Shown piece by piece: positions 43,601 to 55,449 of a DNA stretch of 64,000 bases (positions are counted from its first letter, which is position 1; every line of letters begins with the position of its first letter). The stretch covers positions 16,926,001-16,990,000 of the forward strand of contig JAQFVV010000009.1 in assembly GCA_028023455.1 (NCBI GenBank), given 5' to 3'. A model generated the notes under the pieces. The model did not search any database. It was not told where the DNA came from and saw only the letters and a program-made list of their open reading frames with translations. The DNA is from Epiperipatus broadwayi (taxonomy: Eukaryota; Animalia; Onychophora). The translations under genes were made by a program, and so were the position numbers.

Positions 43601-44405
43601 TTAATCATTGCCAAACCTAGGGCATTATATGTAAACAATTATTTGAATGCATTTGTCAATCATAATAAAAAATAATTCTGGGATATTGATACCTGCTGAT
43701 CATCATCACTGTTTCTCCATGTGGTATCATAAGTGTACAGGCTAACTACATTCTTAATTTTTAATAAAAAAACAAAATGCAGTGAATGGACTTTAAAGGG
43801 TATCTGTATGCCATCCAGAGTTATCAATTGGATATCCAGACAAAAACATAAACCTCTACCTCCATATAACTAATAATTATTGCTCTTTAGATCTATTTCA
43901 AAATCATAAGACTCTAGGCACTGTAACTGTGAACAAGAGAAAGATGACTTTAATATTTTACTTTATTTTAAATAAATTTATTGGGATAATTTTGAAATCT
44001 CTAAAATACTAAGCTAATATGAAATCAAGTCACATACAGTATCCATTTCTAAAGCAAATAACTGGATGAATAAGATATTAAAATTGTTATTTTTAAGTCT
44101 TATTTGATATATTAACTGATTGATAATTTTAAAAAATAAAATATGATATAATATAATTCAAATTTATAAATTTTTACCAAAAAATATAATCTCATATAAA
44201 AATGATTAATGAGTTTATTTTTATTCATTAAATTATTCACCTTTTTGTTTTCATTAAATTGTTTCTGGATTAATAGCTAAAGTTGGAAAATAACTTTTAT
44301 AACAATAGGAGATAATGAAATTGTAAATTAGCTAAAAACCCTTTTAATAATTTTGGAGGGAAAATCAAATGATTAAAAAATATGTTTTAAAAGACAATGT
44401 TAAAT
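40671..44405. repeat. Diverged direct duplication of about 1.4-1.5 kb (copies at about 40671-42090 and 42903-44405)
   Basis: Collinear blocks throughout, e.g. CCAATAGCCAAGA.CTCAATCCTAT, GAGATGGAAAACAACATTAT and AAACAAAATGCAGTGAATG. The offset is 2232 bp at the left edge. Confidence 0.9.
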
Positions 44406-46642
44406 TAATAAAACTGTTTATTATAGCCAAGTATTATTTCCCTGAAAATAATTTTATTTATAAATAAAGATATAATATGCAGATTCAATACCTTTTGTTC
44501 TGGTTTTACTAATTTTTTTTAATTCTTCTTTGGCAGTTATAATTTTTAGTTTTTACATGTTGATTGTATTGATGTAGGCTTTTACATTAACACACACTTT
44601 CAGGATAATATACACAGTTATTTTTTTTCATTTTGCAATAGAATATTTTTCAGGCTATCACAAAGAAAGAATTTATCCATTTTTTAAAATAATTTTCCAA
44701 GTCAGGATAACACAGAACAGAAACACTTATACTCTTGGATGGATACAAGGTTTGCTGATTATTTCAGGGATATTCCCCATTTTTAGTGAGAAAATTACTT
44801 GTTGAAAAAAATATATATAAAAATATATATATATAAAAAAATATAAAAAATATATATATATAAGAAAATTACTTGTTGAGATTTGATGCTGTTTTCCTTC
44901 TTGCTAAAACTTAGGACATGCTTTTTAACTCCATTTTAAAAACCATTTTTTAACAGTTAGGGTGATTTTCATAGCTGAACTTTTGCTTCTGTCTTTATCA
45001 GATAAATCAGGAAAGACTGCTTCTATTGTCTTTCCACAGTTGAATAAAGAATGACCACTCCTATCATCTTTTTGATCAGTTGGTCCAGAATGACTGTTCT
45101 TTACAGGTCAGTGAGGTCTACTTATTTATCCATTTTCCTAAGTACCTTTTTTGGATTAATGTCTCTCATCAGGAAAAATTTAACTCTGATCCACTGGTTT
45201 ATTTTTACAAAAGATAATTTTCTTTCTTCAAAATTAAAATTTTAAAACAAATCAAGGATAAAAAACTAAATTCTCATTATAAGACAAAAAAATTTCCTCT
45301 AATTTTTTTCTTATGTCAAAAATAAGGTAATCTCTTAACCCTTGTAGTGGCTGTTACTTTATTGGCCAAGTGAGGTAAAAGTGCAAACTTTTAATTAGTC
45401 AAGACACAAACTCAACTGTCAAAATATAATCATCTTTTAATATTATATTCACTTTAGATTCGTTTGTAAAAAGTATATCAATAATTTGTCAGGTTATGAA
45501 AATGAACGAAAGTTTTTTCAAAAATAAATTTTCATTTATAATTTAAAAATATTTGATAACGGTGGCAAATTTAAAACAAATATTACTGACCAATCAAATA
45601 GCTTTGATGACGTCAGTGATTTCTTGGTCAATTTTACATTACGTGGATAAGTAAATAATTTTGCTAAAGTCTTAACTATTTTTCTAAAATAATTTTATTT
45701 TTAGCATATTTTATCAAAATAATTTACATTATGTCAAAAAATACATCAAAAAAATACTTTGAAAATGGTCTAAAACATTCATTTATTACTTTCCAAATGA
45801 CAGAAAAGAAATCTTAGCAGTTTCATTTTGATGAGTGGCTTTGACAAGCGGCTTTCTTTGAACTTGATGGTTACAGTCAATCAAAATGAAGAATGTTCAT
45901 CCTACTTATTTTGTTATACTTTTGACATCAGTTTTATTGATTTTTTACTTGTAAAATAATTCAAGAGAGGGCAGCATCTTACAGAACTTTTTTTAACCTT
46001 TGAAAAAAAGTGCAAAATCTTTACTGTAGCATTAAAAATAATGGAATTCAAGCAACTTGAAGTGGCTGAGAGTCATCTCATAAGGATCCTTAAAAAGGTT
46101 AATGACCATTGATTTCATAAATATTCGGTTTTGTTTTGGAGAAAACTAAAAACAAAATTTAACAAAAATGTTAAAATTTCTTTTTTTTTTTTTAAATTTT
46201 ATTTATTTATCTCTTAATATTGACTTTTAAAGGTTAAAATTAAAATTGTTCAATAAACTTTTCCAGAACTGAAGAAAACTTTTTTCTCCAAGTACTTTTT
46301 TTAAATTCAAAATTAGGAAAGAAAATTATTGAAGAGAGAGAACAAAAACAATTATTTATTCTCCCATATACTTCTCTCTCTTTTTTACAACTACTTTTAA
46401 AATTATAACACATCTCAAATATTTTCATTATTTTAAAAAATGTTTGAAAATTTTTACATTATCATTTAATGAAGAAAATATTTAGATAAATCAAATACCC
46501 ATTATTAATTGTCTTATTATTATTGGTACTGTTCTATTAGCCATTTCCAGCTGCTTGATGGCATTGCTGCTATTCAAAACACAGAAATATAACATTACCA
46601 AGTCCATCCCATTATTTGTGAAATAATAATATTAATCATATG

Positions 46643-47715
46643 GGTTAATGTAATTCATTTATTTCCTTAATAACCAATTAATGTAATTTATAACAATTTT
46701 ATGTTAACATACATTACTACAAATATATTACAGTATAATTCCCCATGTATGGCAGTGCTGAAAAACCCATCATCCTCCCTCCCTGCAAACTTTACAAAGT
46801 CTACTATCATTGCTTAAGAGATAACTAACTAACTACATCATGGTGGAAGAAATGATAATGCTTTAATTACTGAACTGTATTTTACTTTTTTTGTAATTTT
46901 TGAAAAGGAAAATTATTTATTTATTACAATAGCTATCTTTGAAAAGAAGATGTGTATGGATATTAATGGCATACCTATTAATAATGATTAATAATTTCCA
47001 ACTCGATTGGTTATTGTTTTTTTTTAAAGATTAATAAATGTATTCTTTTGACAATTTCTTTGGGTCTCTGGATAGAACTACAAGAAATTTTACAGTCAGA
47101 CCTTTTATCCTACAGGTTAATGTAATTCATTGATTTCCTTAATCAATGACTAATTTATTCGATAACTATTTTACAATACAAAATTTAAACATTTAATTAC
47201 AAGTGCCTACGCATTTCATCTTAGTCCTGCAATGTAAGGTAGATGGTATGTCTTTTCATATCCACAATAATTAAAACTTATAAATTGACATACATTATTG
47301 TAAATATTCTATTAGAGTAGAATTAATTCCCCATGTATGCCTGTGCTTTGCTCCCCCTCCCACAAACATTAAAAAGTATACTATCATTGCTTGAGAGATA
47401 ACTAACTACATCATGGTGGAAGAAATGATAATGCTTTAATTACTGAACTGTATTTTACCTTTTTTGGTCATTTTTGAAAAACAAAAATTAATATTTATTT
47501 ATTGTTTACAATAGCTAGATTAGAAAGAACATGTGACTAAGGTGTGTCTATTAAAGGCACACCTATTAATAACCATTGATAATTTCCAACTCAATTGGTT
47601 ATTATTTCTTTTTTGAAGATTAATAAAAAATGTATTAATTTTTACAATTTCTTATTGTCTCTATATAACTACAAGAAATTTTACAGTTCAATATTTTAAT
47701 TCTCATAGGTGTTCT
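46643..47715. repeat. Diverged tandem dimer (units of about 470 and 600 bp)
   Basis: GTTAATGTAATTCATT at 46644 and 47116, AATTCCCCATGTATG at 46737 and 47325, and CAAGAAATTTTACAGT at both unit ends. Confidence 0.85.
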
Positions 47716-48134
47716 CATGAACTGTGACTTTTTTTAGGAAAACAGTGAAAATATGGTTTTCCATAACTTTTCTAATTATTTACACCTTGCATGTTGTGTT
47801 TAGAAGCAGGGTAATGGGTTTATAATTATTACCTTTTAATAGTACATTAGTTAAATTGTACCATAATTACTTTTGAATGCAGATTGCAAAAGTTCTACAA
47901 ACTTTACATCCACCCAAGCTGAAATGGTACAGTAGCAAAGTGATAACATTGGTAAAAGATAGGACTGTGTGCACTTGTACAAACTGTGCAATTCAAGGCA
48001 AGCTGTTAATTTACAACAGAAAAAAAGTTGTGTATTTGGTTGAGTTTTGTTGTGTGGTGGCTGCATAAATGGCATATTTGTGTTTCTGCATATAAATAAT
48101 GCCATCAAATGACTGACACCAGCTAATAGAACAG

Positions 48135-48660
48135 TATCTTCTTCTTCTTACTACTACTACTACTACTATTATTATTATTATTATTATTATTATGATGATG
48201 ATGATGATGTTTCAAAGATACATCTTTATTGATAATTCAAAAAAGTTACAATAGTTTTACAAGTTTGATTGCGTCATGTTACAAGTGCAATCATAGGTTA
48301 AGTTGGTATATTAGTATAGTTCTATATTTGTGAATTCTCTTGTACTTTCATAGTTTCTTGTAAGTTTTTTCCATGACTTGATGAATGGGCAAGATAAATA
48401 GCTATGGTTATGGATCTGTAAATGTATATTGGCTATTTGAGCTAGTGTATTCTGATTATAGATTGGAGGGTTGTTTTATGAGTGACCATGTTGCAGCTAC
48501 AATATCTGGAGGAGTAATTTTAAAATCTTGTGTTCTTAATTGTTCCAGTTTGTTTGATGGCATTGATGCTAAGCAAAAACACATTGATATAATGTTCGAA
48601 GGCCAGCCATTCTATAGAAGTACAATGTTCATAAAATTAAAAAAATTCAAACAAAATATA
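48135..48660 (-). mobile_element. 3' fragment of a CR1/L2-group LINE with a compound triplet tail
   Basis: The minus strand reads 'HSYLSCPFIKSWKKL', which resembles the C-terminal 'YSFFPRTI..WN.L' motif. It is followed by AATAAA and a (CAT)n(AAT)n(TAG)n(AAG)n tail. Confidence 0.45.
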
Positions 48661-49297
48661 AAAATGTAAGTAGACGTTTTCGGACAGTAATTAATCAGAG
48701 ACTGGCTTTTTTAAATAGCAAATAATAGTACATTGGAGTCTTTTTTGAACAGTAATTCCAACAAATTTTTACAATGAAAGCCAACTTTGACCTTTTTGGG
48801 ACAATAATTAATCAGAGATGCATTTCTTATGTTTTTTTTTTAGTTTGCATATCAGAAAAGTTACGGTACTTTTTTAATAGAAAATTAAATTAATTTTTAC
48901 CCTTTGTTGGACAGTCTTTAATCAACACCACATTTGTGGGGGGTGGGATTAAATTTGTAGTGAAAATATACAACCCAGCATTACAATAAAGTGTGTAACA
49001 CAAGCAACTATGGCAGCCAATGAAGGCATTTTCCTGTGCTTTTAACATAGAAAAAAGCCACAGCAGTAGCTGGAAGCCAAGTAAACTGACTCTTTTTGTA
49101 TTTTATTGTAGAAAGAAAGCTATTTGCTTGGCTGCAGCCATGGAAATGGCATATTTCTAGCAATTTAGCTAGAAATAGTGCCATCAAGCAGCTGACACAA
49201 TAGATCAGAACATTACCTAAAAACATATGCAATCTATATAACATTACAATATATATAACTTACAAATAGTATGTCAGGAATTGAATTCTAGAAAGTT

Positions 49298-52148
49298 CAT
49301 TCATCATCATCATCAACCGTTATTAATCCACTGCAGGATGAAGACCTCTCCAAGTTTAATCCATCTCCTCTGATCTTTAGCTTCTCTTCTCCAATTGAAT
49401 TCTAGAAAGTTCATTCATCATCATCATCAACCATTATTAATCCACTGCAGGATGAAGACCTCTCCAAGTTTAATCCATCTTCGATCTTTAGCTTCTCTTC
49501 TCCACATCACCCCTGCACACTTTCTTATTTCATCCATCCATATCACATGTGGTCTCTTTCTGGGTCTTTTACAATCTCTCGGAATCTAGTTTAAGATTTC
49601 AATTGTCCATCTATTATCATCTCTTCTAGAAATATGCCCAGCCCAACTCTTATCATCTCTTCTAGAAATATGCCCAGCCCAACTCCACTTCCATCTTTTA
49701 ATTTTTTCATTGAGGTCAGTAACACCAGTTTGTTCTCTTACCCATATATTGCATTTTCAATCTCTTCTTGTTACTCCTAACATGCATCTCTCCATACTTC
49801 TTGGAGTGGTCTGAAGTCTCTGTATTGCTCTTCTATTAAGTATGCAAGTTTCAGATCCATAAAGAAGAACTGGTAAAACATATTTAGGTCAGTAACACCA
49901 GTTTGTTCTCTTACCCATATATTGCATTTTCAATCTCTTCTTGTTACTCCTAATATGCATCTCTCCATACTTCTTGGAGTGGTCTGAAGTCTCTGTATTG
50001 CCCTTATATTAAGTATACAAGTTTCAGATCCATAAGTAAGAACTGGTAAAACATATTTATTAAAAACTTTCCTTTTCAAACATATAGGCATATTTCCTTT
50101 TAGTATCAAGTTATTTCTACCAAAAGCACTCCAACCAAGTTTAATTCTATGATTAATTTCATACATTATGTTTCCATCTATATTAATAATCTGACTAAGG
50201 TATTTGTAACTGTTAACTTCTTCTAACTCATCATAATCAATCTTAATTTTCATACTTTGAGAAAATCCATTAAACATTACTTTAGTCCTTTTAACATTTA
50301 TCTTTAGTCCTACTTTCCTACTTTCAACTGATAACTCCTGCAACATTTCCTGCAACTCTAAAGCATTATTTGCAAAAACAACTATATCATTTGCAAAATC
50401 TAAATGACTTAAATAATCTCCATTTACTTTCACTCCTTTAGCTTTCCATTTTAATCCACAAAATATTTCTTGCAGCACTGCTGTAAAAGTTTTGGAGATA
50501 TAGAGTCACCCTGTCTTACACCCTTCTCAATGTTGACTTTCCCAGTAGCATTATGTAATCTAATTGTTGCTGTTGCATTTTTATAAATATTCTTTAAAAT
50601 ATGACAATATCCTGGATCTATACCTTGATGATCCAATGCTTTAATCACTGAAGAAATGTTTATAGAATCAAATGCCTTTTTATAATCTACAAATCCAAAG
50701 CATAATGGCAACTCATATTCATTTGTCCTTTCTATAACTTCTCTCAATACCTGGATATGATCTACTGTACTAAAACCACTTTTAAATCCAGCTTGTTCTC
50801 TTGGTGGAAATCCAATGTTCTCTGTAGACGAGTTGTAATTATCTTGGTAAAAATTTTGTATAAAACTGATAAAAGGCTGATGGGTCTGTAATTTCTAATA
50901 TCTTCTTTATCACCTTTTTTAAATATTAATATTAATACTGCATTCTTCCAATCATCTGGTACATCTTTATCATTTAGACATTTGGTATATAACTTTGCTA
51001 AAAAAAATTCTATTTCTTCACCTGCTTCTTTTAATATATCAATTATAATTCCATCATTACCTGGAGCCTTTCCTTTCTTCATACATTTAATTGCATGTCT
51101 CACTTCTTCATTTAAAATTCTGGGCAATTTGGAAGATGTAATAGATATAGGAGGTACTTGTTCTTTATTACTATATAATTCTTGATAAAAGTCTTCTACC
51201 CATTTCATGATGTCATCTCTCTTTTTAGTAATAATTCCATCTTTTTATCTTACTGCAGATATAAATTTCTTACCAATACCAAAATGTTGTTTTACACTCT
51301 TGAGACTTTTATTCTATTCTATAGCTTTCCTTGCTATTTCACAGTTATACCTTCTTATATCATTTTCAACTCATTTCCGCACCATTTTACAAAATTCGAG
51401 ATATTCAATCCTTTTTAATGCATCATTTTTATATATCTTCATATTTCTTCTTTTCTTCATAAATTCTCTAGTCTCAGTAGAAATTTTATTGGTCAATTGC
51501 TGCTTTTTTCTACCAGCTATCTTTGTTGCAGTTTTCAAAAGTGTATCAGTTATTTTCATATTAATTTCATTTAAATCTGAATCATGTTCAAAATCTACTA
51601 ATACTTGAAACCGATTTGTAAGTTCTAATTTAAATTCATTAGAATGTTTCTGAAGATTAGGAATATCAACTGTAAATATTGTTTTTCATAATAATTTTTG
51701 TCTCTCTAGTTTTGCATTAACACGTATCTTACATCTTACTAATCAATGATCACTTCCTGTGTTAATTTTATTAAGAACATTACAATCTTGAACTGTGTAT
51801 TTTCTGTTAGTCAAAATATAATCCAATTCTGCTGTACCTTCATTTGGATGCTTCCATGTCCATTTCCTTTTAACATTTTTCTCAAAAAAAGAATTCATAA
51901 TATAAAGTTTTCTTTTCTGCAAACTCCACAAGTCTATGTCCTCTCTCATTTCTATTACCATAACCAAAATTACCTACAGCATTTTCATCTTTCATTTGTT
52001 TACCAATTCTAGCATTGAAGTCTCCCATAACAATTTTAAAAGGTTGTTTACTCTGATCAAAAGCCTTTTGTACATCCATATAAAAATCTTCTACTACTTC
52101 ATCACTATGAGAACTTGTTTGAGCACAAACCTTAATTATCTGCATTTG
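49298..52148 (-). mobile_element. RTE-clade LINE, 5'-truncated and frameshifted
   Basis: APE endonuclease (FKIVMGDFNARIG, GNRNERGHRLVEF, YILTNRK, SDH) and RT (KAPGNDG, NYRPISLLSVLYKIF, FVDYKKAFDS, GVRQGDSISP, HLDFANDIV) motifs are spread across several broken ORFs. The 3' tail is (GAT)n. Confidence 0.95.
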
Positions 52149-52251
52149 GCTATATATAAATGATTATTATCTGTAATTATTAAATTTACATTCAAATATA
52201 AACAATATATTCAACACATATATTATTGTATTTAGTAAGTGTTTTTAAGAG

Positions 52252-52490
<239 letters not shown>

Positions 52491-54501
52491 TTTTCTTGAT
52501 TAAAACAACACATTTCTCATTATAATAATTGCATCTATTATTTATTTATATAAGTTAATTAGTTTCATTGAGTATACTCCCTGGCATATTATTTGCAATT
52601 TTAATTTTTGTATATGTCTGTCAAAATTTTTAATTGTTTTCTTTCTCTATTTTAAATAATGTTGACATTTCTAATTTAAATATAAAGTGATATTTATCAG
52701 TGCATGCAGAGGACTGATGTTAATTTCCTGAATGTAATAAGTATAATATAGTGACCAAATATGTGTTGGTTTTTTTAAAGCATTTAGGTAGAATAAAATA
52801 ACTTGTTTTTCATTTACAAACTTATGTGTGCTTTAACATCTGTCTTGGATATATTATTTATATCTGAATGGATAATTAATAAATTAAAACTTTAAGAAAT
52901 CAAACATTAAAATATGTATTAAATGGGTTAATATATCTTGAATTATATGTAAATAACTCTGGAGATCTATCTGCTTCAATCATCATGCACAATGCACTTT
53001 TACATTTAAAAAAAATCAACAAATCACTCTGCAGTATATTTGTATTTTAGAAACAACTTTCTTTTATTTATTTGGCTAAACATTTTAATAACTTAACTAT
53101 TAACAGATACCAACCAGAATATATAGCTTTAATAATTCCTTCAGAAATTTTCTTTTCAAATGCCTTAGAATGCTGCCAACAATCTATGCAAATATAATAG
53201 TCACCTAATGCACATTAATACGTAATTGTGGCTGATCTAATATTACAATGCAAGTATTGCATTTGGTATGCTTACTATGGCTATAGTCCTAATCAAAACA
53301 GAATCTGAAAATTCATTTTATTAAAAACCTTAACCTAAAAAAGTGTAATAAATGGGCTAATTATTTATTATGTAAACTAGATAAAAATTAAATGAGTATA
53401 GTTCAATGTTTATGTAAATAATGAAGTAATCACTATTCCCCAGGCTTTGAATAAGTAACAATCTTTTGACAAATAAGTAAGAATAAAATGGATTCATTTA
53501 TTCTTGAAATGTAAATCCATTTTATTTCTTGTTAGAAATGTTAACCAATTCATTATTTCAAGCAATGGACCCACATCTGAGAAATCTAGAAATTAAATTT
53601 GTGTCTTTGCTCTCTACTGAGAAATTTTGCTAACATTTTTTTTACAGCTTTAAAATTCATACACACACATATATATATATATATTATTTTAATTTCAAAA
53701 AAATTCAAAAGACATCAGGATAATCGAATAAGTGGGAATTTCAAAGTTTCTGAAATCATGCATTGTTGGCTAGTCATTGTATATTTGTTGTTCTTAAACT
53801 TTGCGAGATTACATCACAAAAATATTATGATGGTCTAAAAACTTGATTTTTGGAAAGTTTATGATTATTTTTGTATTGTAATTGTATAATAATTATTAGA
53901 AATCAAAATATATATTATTACATATTTATTTTTTCAGAAATGTTTTATTTTTAAATATAAAATATATATTCTTCTGTGTACCATAGAGAATGGTGTCACA
54001 GGAAATACAACTGTCTAGAAATATCATCATTCAACAGTCTGTTTAATGATATCATAAAAATTATGAAAAAAATTTAAACTTTAGATTTACTAGATATTAA
54101 AAATAATTTGTTCAAATATTTAAAACAAACATAAACAAAGAAGATTTCGTTCATTTTATAAATTGAATCTGCTCCACCTGAAATTTAATGTTGTGACAGC
54201 ACTTTGTTTGGATTAAAATCTAATTTAAAAATAATTCCAAAAATCAAATGTGATTTTTTTAAAATTTATTTAATTTCTAAACAAAAATATTTATTAAATG
54301 AGATTACATTTATTATTATCAGATAAATATTAATAATTTATTATTAAAGTGAAAGTTGAAGGATTAAATCTAGTGATAACAAAGAAATCTGTCAGAATGT
54401 TACCATAGTACAAGATGGTTTATCATTCATAACTTTAAGGGAGAGTTTTTTACTCTATTATATATATATATATCAATTTAATACTTATAGTTTTTAACTA
54501 C

Positions 54502-54603
54502 TTTTTTTTTAAGTGTCATAGTATCGGCCGAGACGTGAACCTGCAACCCAGGCAACTGCCTGCTAGTGCAAGGCAGTCATGCTGACCTTTTGATTACTAA
54601 AAC
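54502..54603 (-). mobile_element. tRNA-derived short SINE, old degenerate copy 3
   Basis: T-run followed by GTGTCATAGTATCGGCCGAGACGTGAACCTGCAACCCAGGCAACTGCC...GCTGACCTTTTGA, which aligns with copies 1 and 2 with many CpG-type changes. Confidence 0.7.
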
Positions 54604-55003
54604 AAGATTATTAATTGTGAAATTCAGTCTACATCCTTGTAATAGTAATCTAATAATTATTAGTGCCATATTTTTATCTGGCTTATATAGTAAGTTCATC
54701 TTGAATTTTCATCAATGTGGGTAAGAATAACTTTATAAACAGCAAAAACTTCAAGAATAGATGGATCCATTTTATTCTTGATCCTTTATCAAAAGAGAAT
54801 TATTTATTCATAGCTTGAGAAGAAAGTGGTTAACTCTGGTAATTAAATAAAATAGATAAATAGGTGTTTTCTACAGACTAGCTACAGAGAAAAGTTTGTT
54901 GTAAACTGAAAGAGTCTGATTTCTCTTTGAGGCTTTAAAACAGTTGAAAGGGAAAATTCATAATGTACATGCTATATGTTGATATTTTTGCAACTCTTAT
55001 TAT

Positions 55004-55138
55004 TAATATTTACTAAGGCAATAAACCTAAAGCATGTGCTGTTGAAAATACGAAGGTAAGGACCTCTACAGGTCTTAACCACAAGCTTATGCATTTCCAA
55101 CTGCCCATGTTTTAGGTTTATTGTCTTAGTAAATATTA
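55004..55138. repeat. 135-bp near-perfect palindrome (MITE-like, TA ends)
   Basis: TAATATTTACTAAGGCAATAAACCTAAAGCATG...CATGTTTTAGGTTTATTGTCTTAGTAAATATTA. Pairing continues imperfectly to a 4-nt centre (CTAC). Confidence 0.8.
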
Positions 55139-55449
55139 CTTAAGTAATCAATGTGCGTTAAATAAATTTATAATTACAACTCTTATTATTACAGAATTAT
55201 TCCTATAGTAAACAACAGGGATGGGCTTCTCACTAAAATATATGAGCTAGCATAATAAATTAATTGGTTTTCTATTTCAGAGTTTAAGATAAAAAAAAAA
55301 AAATACATGTTTTTTTATCTCAATTTCTTGAGAATACTTAATTCAAACATCAGTAGTTTTCTTGAAGGCAGGATAAATGTGTGTGCAAATGATTTTTTTT
55401 CCTTTTTTTTAAATAGATCTATCAAACAAAACTAAGTTAGGAATTTATT

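Noticed and set aside
40671-44405. The 1.4-kb direct repeats as LTRs of the adjacent Gypsy element
   Set aside because: There are no TG...CA termini, no matching copy on the other side of gag-pol, and no convincing PBS (only TGGTGAC, about 40 bp away).
44600-45400. Possible hAT transposase N-terminal remnant on the minus strand
   Set aside because: Only vague Cys/Trp motifs with many stops; no TIR or TSD was recognised.
46802-46885. Box C/D snoRNA in the conserved core
   Set aside because: There is no proper C box (RUGAUGA) or terminal stem on either strand; only ATGATAA and CTGA 12 nt apart.
48677-48926. CRISPR-like repeat-spacer array
   Set aside because: The context is eukaryotic, the repeats are degenerate and unevenly spaced, and there are no cas genes.
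54895-54950. Another hammerhead-like motif (AACTGAAAGAG...AAAACAGTT)
   Set aside because: The core nucleotides are too degenerate to support a call.
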